From NCBI GenBank assembly GCA_038199035.1, contig JBBPZM010000061.1, forward strand, positions 3,995 through 67,994: a stretch of DNA of 64,000 nt, given 5' to 3'. This DNA comes from Solirubrobacterales bacterium (GTDB taxonomy: Bacteria > Actinomycetota > Thermoleophilia > Solirubrobacterales > Solirubrobacteraceae). Each line of letters starts with the position of its first letter. Positions within the stretch are counted from its first letter, which is position 1. The notes under the pieces were generated by a model. The model was given only the letters and a program-made list of their open reading frames with translations. It made no database searches and was not told the DNA's origin. A program made the position numbers and the translations under genes. This document shows positions 54,124-63,082 of this stretch, in pieces.

Positions 54124-55740
54124 TCAGCGCCGGCCCAGCGAGCGCAGGGTGCGCCCCGCCACGCGGAAGAGCGGCAGCGCGCCCTCGCGCAGCGCCCTGC
54201 GGCGCTCGACATCGCGGCGGCCATAGAGGAACTGGGCGGAGGCGCGCACGGCACGGCCCAGGGTCTCGTCGTAGGGATACCACCAGAAGTTGCGAACGTG
54301 CGAGGGCTCCCACGAGACGAGTTTCACGTTGACGCACTCGTAGAAGCCGAAGCGGGAGTGTGCGCGGCCGAGGCCCGAGTCCTTGACGCCCCCCCAGGAG
54401 CACTGGCAGGCGCCGTGGGAGTACATGTGGTCGTTGAGCCAGACCATCCCGGCCTGAAGCTCGCGGGCGATGCGCGCGCCGTTGGGCCGGTCGCTCGTCC
54501 ACACCGAGGCGCCGAGCCCGAAGTGGGAGTTGTTGGCGGCGGCGATGGCCTCGGCGGCGGAGTCGACGGTCACGATCGGCATGACGGGGCCCGCGACCTC
54601 CTCGCGCATGATCCGCATGTCGGGGGTGACTCCGGTCAGGACCGCCGGCGCGTAGAACGCCCCGCTCAGCCCGCTCACCTCGACCGGCCCGCCGCACTCC
54701 AGGCGGGCTCCGGCGTCCACGGCGTCATCGACCAGCTCGCGCACGGTCGCGAGCCGGTCGGCCGAGATCAGCGGGCCGACCTGGGTGCTCCAGTCGAGCG
54801 GGTCTCCGACGCGCAGGCGCCGCGCGCCGGCCACCACGTCGGCCACGAAGCGGTCGGCGACCTCGCGCGTGACGTAGACGCGCCCGACGCCCGCGCCGGT
54901 CTGGCCGGCGTCGGCAAAGGCGCCCCACAGCGCGCCGCCGACGGCGTTGGGCAGGTGCGCGTCGGGCAGGACGATCATCGGGTCCTTGCCGCCGAGCTCG
55001 AGCACCGATCCCTTCATGAGGCGCGCGCACGTCTGGCCGACTTCGCGACCAGCCTCGACCGAGCCGGCGAAGAGCACCTTGGCCACGCTGGACTCGACCA
55101 GCGCGCGACCCGTCGGCGCCCCGCCGTGGACCGTGCGGACCAGCCCCTCGGGCAGGCCGGCGCGCTCGAAGACCTCGCGGATGCGCTCGCCGATCAGGCA
55201 GGTGGCCGAGGCCGGCTTGAGCACTACCCCGTTGCCGGCCATCAGGGCCATGGCCACGTTCCCCAGCGGGCTGGCCCAGGGCGAGCTCCACGGCCCGATC
55301 ACCCCGACCACGCCGAGCGGCTCGTAGGCGAAGGCGCAGCGCTTGGCGCGCAGGTGGGGCTGGCGCATGGCTATCGGCTCGTCGGCCAGGACCTCGGGCC
55401 CTTCGTCGGCGATCCAGTTCAGGGCGTCGACGGTGGGGACGAGCTCCATCGTGTAGGCCTCGGTGCGGGGCCTTCCCTGCTCGAGCGCGATCAGGTCGCG
55501 AAGGCCGTCGAGGTCGTCGAGGATCGCCTGGGCGGCGCGGCGCATGTAGCGCGCGCGGGCGTCGAGCCGCAGCTGAGCCCAGATCGGCTGGACCTGGGCG
55601 ACCTCGTCGACCACGCTTTGGACGTCCTGCGGCGGCGTGGTCGCCACGGCGCCGAGGCGCTCGCCCGAGGTCGGGCTGAAGGACTCCAGGAGGGAGGGAC
55701 CGGCCCCCTCGCGAGAGCTCGGAGGCGCGGGGGCGCTCAT
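54124..55740 (-). CDS. Aldehyde-dehydrogenase-superfamily protein lacking the catalytic Cys and oxyanion Asn (probable non-canonical or pseudoenzyme)
   Basis: ATG at 55740 within ORF 54124..56235. ALDH motifs are 'ELGGKDP', 'EEVAGPV' and 'SWGGVKDSGLGR'. However, 'PWNFP' reads 'GPWSSPW' and 'GQxCxA' reads 'GQTGAG'. It also has a C-terminal extension of about 60 aa. Confidence 0.85.
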   Translation of the reverse strand: MSAPAPPSSREGAGPSLLESFSPTSGERLGAVATTPPQDVQSVVDEVAQVQPIWAQLRLDARARYMRRAAQAILDDLDGLRDLIALEQGRPRTEAYTMELVPTVDALNWIADEGPEVLADEPIAMRQPHLRAKRCAFAYEPLGVVGVIGPWSSPWASPLGNVAMALMAGNGVVLKPASATCLIGERIREVFERAGLPEGLVRTVHGGAPTGRALVESSVAKVLFAGSVEAGREVGQTCARLMKGSVLELGGKDPMIVLPDAHLPNAVGGALWGAFADAGQTGAGVGRVYVTREVADRFVADVVAGARRLRVGDPLDWSTQVGPLISADRLATVRELVDDAVDAGARLECGGPVEVSGLSGAFYAPAVLTGVTPDMRIMREEVAGPVMPIVTVDSAAEAIAAANNSHFGLGASVWTSDRPNGARIARELQAGMVWLNDHMYSHGACQCSWGGVKDSGLGRAHSRFGFYECVNVKLVSWEPSHVRNFWWYPYDETLGRAVRASAQFLYGRRDVERRRALREGALPLFRVAGRTLRSLGRR

Positions 55741-55790
55741 CCCCGCGATTATCCCGTGCGCCCGGTCGAGACCATCCGAGCGCGCGGCGC

Positions 55791-56186
55791 TCAGGCCACC
55801 CGGCGGGCGTGCGTCGTGGCGCGCTGGCGCAGCGCCCCGGCCAGGAGCTCGCCCAGGCCCTCGGTGAGGCGCTCGTCGACGACGAGCGTCTCGGGCTCGG
55901 CGTCCGCAGTCAGCTCGATCGCCCCGACGCCGACCACCGTCTCGGTCCCACCCAGCGGCGCGGTGGCGCAGATCACCGCGCGGCGCCACGGGTCGTAGCG
56001 CACGAGCCGGCTCAGCTCGAGGTCGCCGGCGGCGATCCCGCGCTGCTCGAGCAGGCCGCGGATGCCGGGAAGGTCGGAGCGGCGACTCAGGCGCAGGCGC
56101 ACGCGCGGGCCGATGGGCAGCGAGTACGAGCGCGAGAGCAGGGCGCCGGTGTCGATCGGATCCACCATCTCCATCCAGAGTGGCAT
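55791..56186 (-). CDS. Hypothetical 131-aa protein (weak GNAT-like pattern)
   Basis: It is co-directional with the ALDH-like gene and 50 nt upstream of it. 'VRLRLSRRSDLPGIRGLLEQ' and 'VVGVGAIEL' are reminiscent of GNAT N-terminal strands, but there is no clear acetyl-CoA motif. Confidence 0.4.
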   Translation of the reverse strand: MPLWMEMVDPIDTGALLSRSYSLPIGPRVRLRLSRRSDLPGIRGLLEQRGIAAGDLELSRLVRYDPWRRAVICATAPLGGTETVVGVGAIELTADAEPETLVVDERLTEGLGELLAGALRQRATTHARRVA

Positions 56187-56307
56187 CTGGCCCCCTGGAG
56201 TTGCGTGAACGCCCGGTATCTGTGACCGACGTCACGGTGCGCGACGCCTGGGATGCAAGCGCGGTCTCACCGGGCGTACCCGCACGGCCGGTTAGGGCAG
56301 GCGCCGG

Positions 56308-57621
56308 TCAGGGCTCCCGCGCGCGGCGGATCTCCTCGAGCCGCGCTGCCATGTCGGCCTCGGCGTCGTCGGGTTGGTAGAAGCGCTCGCCGGCCAGCTC
56401 CTCGGGCAGGACCGGCTGATTCGAGACGTGGCCGGGATGGCGGTGGGGCGAGTCGTAGCCCTGGCCGCGCCCGAGCTTGGCCGCTCCCGGGTAGGCGGCC
56501 GAGCGCAGGTGGGCCGGCGGGAGGGCGGCGCCGTGCTCGCGCACGTGGGCGGTGGCCGAGGCGATGGCCCGCTTGGCCGCGTCGGACCTGGGGGCCAACG
56601 CGAGGTAGATGGCCGCCTGGGCGAGGTTGAAGCGGCATTCGGGCCGCCCGACGTGCTCGACGGCATGGGCGGCGGCGACCGCGACCTCGAGCGCGCGGGG
56701 GTCGGCGTTGCCCACGTCCTCGGAGGCGAAGATCACCATGCGTCGGGCGATGAAGCGGGGGTCCTCGCCGCCCTCGAGCATGACCGCCAGGTAGTAGAGG
56801 GAGGCGTCGGGGTCCGAGGCGCGGGTGGCCTTGATCCAGGCCGATATGTAGTCGTAGTGCTGGTCGGCGTCGCGGTCGTAGCGCAGGGCCTTGCGCTGCA
56901 TCGCGTCCTCGGCGTGCTCGAGGGTCACGGCGCCCGGGGCGGCGGTGGTGCAGGCCAGCTCGAGCGTGGAGAGCGCGGCACGGGCGTCGCCGCCCGCGCG
57001 CTGGGCGATGAAGTCGACCACCGCATCGGGGACCTCCGCCTCCGGGCACTCGCCGCGCTCCACCGCCCGGCGCACCAGGGCCGCGACGTCGTCGGCCGAC
57101 AGCGGGTGCAGCTCGTAGATCTGCGTGCGCGAGAGCAGGGCCGAGTTGACCTCGAAGTAGGGGTTCTCGGTTGTGGCGCCGATCAGCGTGACCAGGCCCT
57201 CCTCGACGGCGGGCAGCAGCGCGTCCTGCTGGGCCTTGTTGAAGCGGTGGATCTCGTCGAGGAAGAAGATCGTCGGCTCGCCGGTGGTCTCCCGGCGGTG
57301 GGCGGCGCGCTCGAGCACCGCGGCGACCTGCGCCTTGCCGGCCTCGACCGCGCTGAGCTCCTCGAAGGCGGCATTGGCCCGCGCGGCGACGATGCGCGCC
57401 AGCGTGGTCTTGCCCGTCCCGGGAGGGCCGTAGAGGACCATCGAGTGCGGCCGGCCCTCCTCGATCGCCGTCCGCAGCGCCGACCCGTCGCCCAGCACGT
57501 GCTCCTGGCCGACGAACTCGTCCAGCGTTCCCGGCCGCATGCGCACCGCGAGCGGCCCATGCTCGGGCGGGACCGGTGTGCGGCCGCCCGGGGTCTGAGC
57601 GGGCTCGAACAGCCGCTCCAC
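56308..57621 (-). CDS. rarA: Replication-associated recombination protein A (AAA+ ATPase)
   Basis: 437-aa ORF. Motifs are 'MRPGTLDEFVGQEH', 'VLYGPPGTGKTTLARIVA', 'FFLDEIHRFNKAQQDALLPAVEEG' and 'HYDYISAWIKATRASDPDASLYYLAVMLEGGEDPRFIARR'. Confidence 0.93.
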   Translation of the reverse strand: MERLFEPAQTPGGRTPVPPEHGPLAVRMRPGTLDEFVGQEHVLGDGSALRTAIEEGRPHSMVLYGPPGTGKTTLARIVAARANAAFEELSAVEAGKAQVAAVLERAAHRRETTGEPTIFFLDEIHRFNKAQQDALLPAVEEGLVTLIGATTENPYFEVNSALLSRTQIYELHPLSADDVAALVRRAVERGECPEAEVPDAVVDFIAQRAGGDARAALSTLELACTTAAPGAVTLEHAEDAMQRKALRYDRDADQHYDYISAWIKATRASDPDASLYYLAVMLEGGEDPRFIARRMVIFASEDVGNADPRALEVAVAAAHAVEHVGRPECRFNLAQAAIYLALAPRSDAAKRAIASATAHVREHGAALPPAHLRSAAYPGAAKLGRGQGYDSPHRHPGHVSNQPVLPEELAGERFYQPDDAEADMAARLEEIRRAREP

Positions 57622-57680
57622 GTCAGCGGCGACCTGGTGGCCCGGTCATGGCCCGAAGTATCGCGCCCGGCGCGGAGGCC

Positions 57681-59654
57681 TCAGAGCGTGGAGGGCGCCG
57701 GGGCGACTGCGCTGGGCTGAGGCGGCGGGCGTGCCCGGGCGATGACGTCCTCTGCTTGGTCTCCCGCCCGCCACGCCGCAAAGCCCACCTGCATCCCCGG
57801 GAGGCCGTCGAGCTCGGCGACCACGGCCTGGCCGAGGCGCTGCGCGTCGGCCTCGCCGGCGCCCGGCACGAGGATGGCCAGCCGCCGCCCGCTGAAGCGG
57901 CACGCCACCCCCGAGCAGGCGGTGGCCGCGCGCTCCACCGCCAGGGCCGCCGCCCTAAGGGCGTCGTCGCCGGCCCCGTAGCCGGCCCCGTGGTTGATGG
58001 CGTCCAGGTCGGCCAGCTCGGCGAAGACCACGGCGAACGGCCGGGCCTGGAGTTGCGCGCGCTCGGTCTCGGAGGCCACGACCTCGCGGAAGTAGCGGTG
58101 GGAGTAGAGCGAGGTCAGGCTGTCGGTGAGCCGCGCCGAGCGGCGCCCCAGCAGGGCGTCCCCGGGCTCTCGGCGGACCGCGAGCTCGGGGTCGTCGAGG
58201 GCGGCGGATAGCGCGTGGGGGCCGCCCTGGCGATCGACGCTCTGTCGCACCTCGTCGACGAAGGCCGCGGCGACCTGCGGGTCGAACTGCGTCCCGGCGC
58301 CGCGCTCGATCTCGGCGCACGCCTCGTCCGCCGAGATGCCCTCCCGGTAGGGCCGGTCGGCGGTCATCGCGCTGAAGCAGTCGGCCACGCAGATGATCCG
58401 CGCCTCGAGCGGGATCTCCTCGCCGCGCAGACCGCTGGGGTAGCCCTGGCCGTCCCAGCGCTCGTGGTGGTGCAGCACCGCCGCGGCCAGGGGCCGCAGG
58501 GCGGGGACCTGCTCGATCAGCCGCGCGCCGATGCGCGGGTGCAGCTCGACCACGCTTTGCTCCTCGGGGCTCAGCGCCCCGGGCTTGAGGAGGATGCTCT
58601 CGCTGATCCCGATCTTGCCCACGTCGTGCAGCAGGGAGGCGAAGACCAGCTCCTGCTGCATGCGCTCGTCCAGCCCCAATCGCTCCGCGACGCCGACGAC
58701 GTGGCTGGCCACCTCGTCGGAGTGGTCGCGCAGCATGCGGTCCTTGGCCTCGATGGCCTCGGCCAGCACCCGGATCGTCCCCAGGTAGGCGGAATGCAGG
58801 TCTGCCTGAAGGCGCCCCTGGTGCAGGACGGCGCCGGCGTGGTCTCCCAGCGCGAGCAGCACGTCGTCCTGGTGGTCGTCGAACCCGCCCTCGCGGTTGG
58901 CGCACACGACGGCCCCGCTGAAGCGCTCCTGGAGGTAGACCGGGATGGCCACCAGGTTCTCGATCTCCTCGTCGGCCGGGCCGCGCTGGTCGCCGGTGTG
59001 GTCCACCTGGTTCTCGCGTACGGTCCGGTCGCGCTCGATGACCTCGGTCGCGAAGCGGTGGGCCACGGCGCTGTCGTCGGGGTCGTGCTCGAACCCGTGG
59101 TGGGCGACGAGGTCGAGCTTGCCGTCGCCGTCGGCGTCCTGGCGCGAGAAGAGCAGGCCCTTCTGGGCCTTGCACAGCTCGAGCGCCACGCGCAGCACCA
59201 TCTCCTCGACGCGACCGGTGGCCCCGAGCGTCCCGCGCTGTTCGTGCAGGCGGAAGACCTGGGCGCGCAGCTCGCGGCCCCATTCGCGCTCGGTCTCCAG
59301 CACACGGGTGAGTCGCTGGCGGGCGGTGCGCTCGCGGGCGACCTCGTCGCGGTGGCGGGCCTCGAGCTCGGAGTGGCGCTGGCGCAGGGCGGCCAGCTCC
59401 TCCTCGGCCTGCGCCGCGCGGGCCTGGCTTTCGGCCAGCCCGCGGGCCAGGCCGCGGTCGTGGCGCCATCCCACCAGCCCGACGAAGGCGGCGGCCAGCA
59501 TGGCGAGCAAAAGCGGGAGGGCCAGCTGGCGCAGCGTGCCCTGGCCCGAGCCGGCGAAGGCGGCCACGGCCAGCACCACGGCGACCACGACCGTAACGAC
59601 GGCCATCCCAGCGAACAGGTACCTCCCCACGGCGCGCCGCTCCTTCGGCGTCAT
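57681..59654 (-). CDS. Membrane-anchored GAF / HD-GYP phosphodiesterase / degenerate GGDEF signalling protein
   Basis: ATG at 59654 within ORF 57681..60215. It has two TM helices, a coiled coil and a GAF-like region. The HD-GYP domain has 'HDVGKIG' and 'HHHERWDGQGYPSGL'. The C-terminal GGDEF-fold ('DSLTSLYSHRYF') has its active site replaced by 'RFSGRRLAIL'. Confidence 0.85.
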   Translation of the reverse strand: MTPKERRAVGRYLFAGMAVVTVVVAVVLAVAAFAGSGQGTLRQLALPLLLAMLAAAFVGLVGWRHDRGLARGLAESQARAAQAEEELAALRQRHSELEARHRDEVARERTARQRLTRVLETEREWGRELRAQVFRLHEQRGTLGATGRVEEMVLRVALELCKAQKGLLFSRQDADGDGKLDLVAHHGFEHDPDDSAVAHRFATEVIERDRTVRENQVDHTGDQRGPADEEIENLVAIPVYLQERFSGAVVCANREGGFDDHQDDVLLALGDHAGAVLHQGRLQADLHSAYLGTIRVLAEAIEAKDRMLRDHSDEVASHVVGVAERLGLDERMQQELVFASLLHDVGKIGISESILLKPGALSPEEQSVVELHPRIGARLIEQVPALRPLAAAVLHHHERWDGQGYPSGLRGEEIPLEARIICVADCFSAMTADRPYREGISADEACAEIERGAGTQFDPQVAAAFVDEVRQSVDRQGGPHALSAALDDPELAVRREPGDALLGRRSARLTDSLTSLYSHRYFREVVASETERAQLQARPFAVVFAELADLDAINHGAGYGAGDDALRAAALAVERAATACSGVACRFSGRRLAILVPGAGEADAQRLGQAVVAELDGLPGMQVGFAAWRAGDQAEDVIARARPPPQPSAVAPAPSTL

Positions 59655-59712
59655 GACGTCCACACTACCCGCCCGCGGGCTCCCGCACGCAGGCGGCGTA
59701 GCATCACGCGCG

Positions 59713-61053
59713 ATGGCCGATCTCGAGGACGAAGCGACTGAGCTGCTCCAGCGCCTGATCCGCTTCGACACGGTCAACCCGCCCGGGCAGGAGCGCGCGG
59801 CCCAGGAGCTCCTCGCCCAGCGCCTCGGGGCCGCCGGCTTCGAGTGCGAGCTGCTGGCCGCCGACGAAGCGCGACCGAACCTGATCGCCCGTCTGCGCGG
59901 CGAGGAGGAGGGCCCCACGCTGGCTCTGCTCGGACACGTCGACACCGTGCTGGCCGACCCCGCGGCGTGGTCGCACGACCCGTGGTCGGGCGACCTGGTC
60001 GACGGCTTCGTGTGGGGTCGCGGCGCGCTGGACATGAAGGGCCAGGTGGCGGCCGAGGTTGCCGCCGCCATCACCCTGGCGAAGGAGGGCTGGCGCCCGG
60101 CCCGTGGAGAGCTGCTGGTCATCTCGGTGGTCGACGAGGAGACCGGCAGCGCGTGCGGCGCCCAGTGGCTGACCGAGAACCACCCCGACCGGGTGCGCTG
60201 CGACATGCTGGTCAACGAGGGTGGGGGAAACGTCTTCGAGCTCGACGGCCGCCGCCTCTACGGCGTCTGCTGCGCCGAGAAGGGGGTGTTCCGCTTCCGC
60301 CTGATCACCATGGGCGTGGCCGGGCACGCGTCGATCCCGCAGATGGGCGACAACGCCCTGCTCAAGATGGCGCCGCTGCTCCAGCGCCTGGGCGAGCGCC
60401 AGCCCGCGCTGGACCTCGGGGCCGAGCCGCGGGCGCTGCTGGCGATGCTGGACGGCGGCGGGTGCGACGACGGCGGCCAGGCCGTGCGGACGGGCAGCGA
60501 GGAGCGCGACGTCGATGCCGCGATGGCGCGCCTGCGCGAGGCCGACCCACTGCTGGCCCTCCTGATCGCGCCCACCCTGGGCGTGAGCGTGACGCCCACC
60601 CGCATCCGCGCCTCGGACAAGATCAACGTCATCCCGGCCCGGGCCGAGCTCCAGGTCGACTGCCGCGTCCCGCCGGGCCTGGGCGAGGAGGACGCTCGCG
60701 CGCGCGTCGAGGAGCTGCTCGAGGGACACGACTTCGAGCTCGAGTTCTCCGAGCGCGTCGTCGGCAACCGCTCGCCGATGCAGTCGGAGCTGATGGACCA
60801 CATCCGCGACTGGCTGGGCGAGAACGCTCCCGGCGCCGAGCCCGTGCCGATGATGCTCCCCGGCTTCACCGACTCGCGCTGGTTTCGCGAGGCCTTCCCG
60901 GAGTGCGTGGCCTACGGCTTCTTCCCGCACCTGCACATGACGATGCACGAGACGGCGCCGCTCATCCACGGGGCCGACGAGCGCATCGACGTGCGCGACC
61001 TGGGCTTCGCCGCGCGCTTCTTTCGCGACCTCGCGAAGCGGGTCCTGTCATGA
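59713..61053 (+). CDS. M20-family metallopeptidase (ArgE/DapE/CPG2-like)
   Basis: ATG at 59713 within ORF 58945..61053. Motifs are 'LIRFDTVNPPG', 'LLGHVDTV', 'GRGALDMKG', 'VVDEETGS' and 'NEGGG'. Confidence 0.85.
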   Translation: MADLEDEATELLQRLIRFDTVNPPGQERAAQELLAQRLGAAGFECELLAADEARPNLIARLRGEEEGPTLALLGHVDTVLADPAAWSHDPWSGDLVDGFVWGRGALDMKGQVAAEVAAAITLAKEGWRPARGELLVISVVDEETGSACGAQWLTENHPDRVRCDMLVNEGGGNVFELDGRRLYGVCCAEKGVFRFRLITMGVAGHASIPQMGDNALLKMAPLLQRLGERQPALDLGAEPRALLAMLDGGGCDDGGQAVRTGSEERDVDAAMARLREADPLLALLIAPTLGVSVTPTRIRASDKINVIPARAELQVDCRVPPGLGEEDARARVEELLEGHDFELEFSERVVGNRSPMQSELMDHIRDWLGENAPGAEPVPMMLPGFTDSRWFREAFPECVAYGFFPHLHMTMHETAPLIHGADERIDVRDLGFAARFFRDLAKRVLS

Positions 61054-61087
61054 GGGACGCGGCCGCCGACCGCGCCGAGGCGGCCCG

Positions 61088-61909
61088 GTGAGCGAGCTCA
61101 CACGCCCCACCCAGCATGAGGCGCCCAAGCTACGGCTGGGGGGGATGGCGCTGCGCAACGGGCTGCTGGTGTACGGGCCGACCCACTGGGCCGCGGCGGT
61201 GCGCACGCCGGCGGGCTCGATCGCCACCGCCTCCGGGCCCAAGCCGCGGTTGCGGGGGGCCGATCGGATGCCCGGGCTGCGCGGCCTGGCGCGCCTGGCC
61301 GAGGCCTTCGCGGTCATCCCGCTGGTCAAGCGCTCCCTCCCGGACGCCCGCCTTCCCTTCCAGGACGGCGGCGTGCTGGCCCTCGCCAGCGGAGCGACGG
61401 TGGCCGGGACGCTGCTGCGCCGCCGGCTCGGCGGCCCGGGCGGGGACGCCGCGGCGGCGGCGGTCTCGCTGGCACCGGCGCTGTTCGCCCTCCAGGGCGG
61501 CGAGCTGGCCGCCTACCACGGGGTCGAGCACAAGGCCATCGCCGCCTACGAGGACGACGGCGCCGACGCCCGCGACGCGGCCAAGGAGCACGACCGCTGC
61601 GGCTCCAACCTCGTCGCGCCCATGCTCGCGGCCAACGTGGCCGGGGCGGCGCTGGTGCGCAGGGTGCTCGAACGGCCCGGCCCCGTGGCCGGCGCGGCGG
61701 TGGCCGTCTCCTCGATGGCCGCGGCGGTCGAGGTCTTCGCGTGGTCCGAGCGCCACGCCGGCACGCCGGTGGCGCGGGCCCTGCGCCGCCCGGGCTACGA
61801 GCTCCAGCGGGCGATAGGCACGCGCGAGCCCGACGAGGCCCAGCTCGAGGTCGGTCGTGCCGCCCTGGCCGAGATCCTGCGCGTCGAGGGGGTTGCCCCC
61901 TCGCCTTAG
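61088..61909 (+). CDS. DUF1385-family protein
   Basis: 273-aa ORF. Motifs are 'RLGGMALRNGLLVYGP', 'YHGVEHKAIAAYE' and 'HDRCGSNL', which are the characteristic DUF1385 motifs. Confidence 0.8.
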   Translation: MSELTRPTQHEAPKLRLGGMALRNGLLVYGPTHWAAAVRTPAGSIATASGPKPRLRGADRMPGLRGLARLAEAFAVIPLVKRSLPDARLPFQDGGVLALASGATVAGTLLRRRLGGPGGDAAAAAVSLAPALFALQGGELAAYHGVEHKAIAAYEDDGADARDAAKEHDRCGSNLVAPMLAANVAGAALVRRVLERPGPVAGAAVAVSSMAAAVEVFAWSERHAGTPVARALRRPGYELQRAIGTREPDEAQLEVGRAALAEILRVEGVAPSP

Positions 61910-61952
61910 GATGCGCTGGTGACGCGGCAGGGACTCACCTGACGAACCGCTG

Positions 61953-63050
61953 ATGGCCGCGACGTCCACGAGCGAGCGCCTTGCCCCCGACGTCTTTCGC
62001 CTGCCCGTCGAGCGCATTCGCGAGGGCTGGTACTCGGACGCCTACTTCGTCCACGCCAAGACCCTGCTGGAGGACGAGGGGCGCCATCCCCGCGTGCTGA
62101 TGCAGGTCTTCCAGAAGCACGACTCGCTGCTCGGGGGCATCGACGAGGCCATCGCGGTGCTCAAGCAGTGCTCGGGCCACCGCCGCGCGGACGGGACCTG
62201 GGCGCCCGGCTGGGAGGGGCTCGAGGTCCACGCCCTGTACGAGGGCGACGGGATCTCCCCCTACGAGACCGTGATGACCATCGAGGGCGACTACAGCGCC
62301 TTCGCCCATCTGGAGACCGTGTACCTCGGCTGCCTGGCCCGCCGCACGCGGATCATGAGCAACGTGCGCGAGGTGGTGGAGGCCGCCGGCGAGAAGTCAA
62401 TCTTCTACTTCCCCGCTCGCCACGACCACTGGCTCGTCCAGACCGGCGACGGCTGGGCGGCCCACGTGGCCGGGGCCATCGGCGTCTCGACCGAGGCCCA
62501 GGCCTCCTGGTGGGGCGGTCGCGGCGTGGGCACCGTGCCCCACGGCCTGATTGCCGCCTACGAAGGCGACACGGTCGCCGCGGCGCGGCACTTCGCCGCC
62601 CGCTTCGGCGACGAGATGAACATCACGGTCCTCGTCGACTTCGAGAACGACTCGGTGCGCACCGCACTGGAGGTGGCGGACGCGCTGGGCGACGACCTGT
62701 GGGGCGTGCGCCTAGACACCTCGGGCGAGCTGGTGGACCGCGCGCTGCTCGACGAGATGGGGGGCTTCAAGCCGACCGGCGTCAGCCCCCAGCTGGTGAA
62801 GAAGGTCCGCCGCGCGCTCGACGAGGCCGGCTTCGCAGAGGTGAGGATCGTCGTCTCGGGTGGGTTCAACGCCGAGCGCATCCGCGAGTTCGAGGCCGCC
62901 GGCGTCCCGGTCGACGCCTACGGCGTCGGGTCGGCGCTGGTCCGAGGGGAGAATGACTTCACCGCCGACGTGGTCCTCGTCGAGGGCCGGCCGCGGGCCA
63001 AGGTCGGCCGGCGCCTGCGCCCGAACCCTCGCCTCCAGAGGGTCGAGTGA
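61953..63050 (+). CDS. Nicotinate phosphoribosyltransferase-family protein (short, archaeal-like type)
   Basis: 365-aa ORF. Motifs are 'GTVPHGLIAAY', 'VLVDFENDSV', 'WGVRLDTSGELVD' and 'VVSGGFNAERI'. Confidence 0.65.
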   Translation: MAATSTSERLAPDVFRLPVERIREGWYSDAYFVHAKTLLEDEGRHPRVLMQVFQKHDSLLGGIDEAIAVLKQCSGHRRADGTWAPGWEGLEVHALYEGDGISPYETVMTIEGDYSAFAHLETVYLGCLARRTRIMSNVREVVEAAGEKSIFYFPARHDHWLVQTGDGWAAHVAGAIGVSTEAQASWWGGRGVGTVPHGLIAAYEGDTVAAARHFAARFGDEMNITVLVDFENDSVRTALEVADALGDDLWGVRLDTSGELVDRALLDEMGGFKPTGVSPQLVKKVRRALDEAGFAEVRIVVSGGFNAERIREFEAAGVPVDAYGVGSALVRGENDFTADVVLVEGRPRAKVGRRLRPNPRLQRVE

Positions 63051-63082
63051 TCGCGCCAGCGGTCGATAACCGTTAGTACCGG

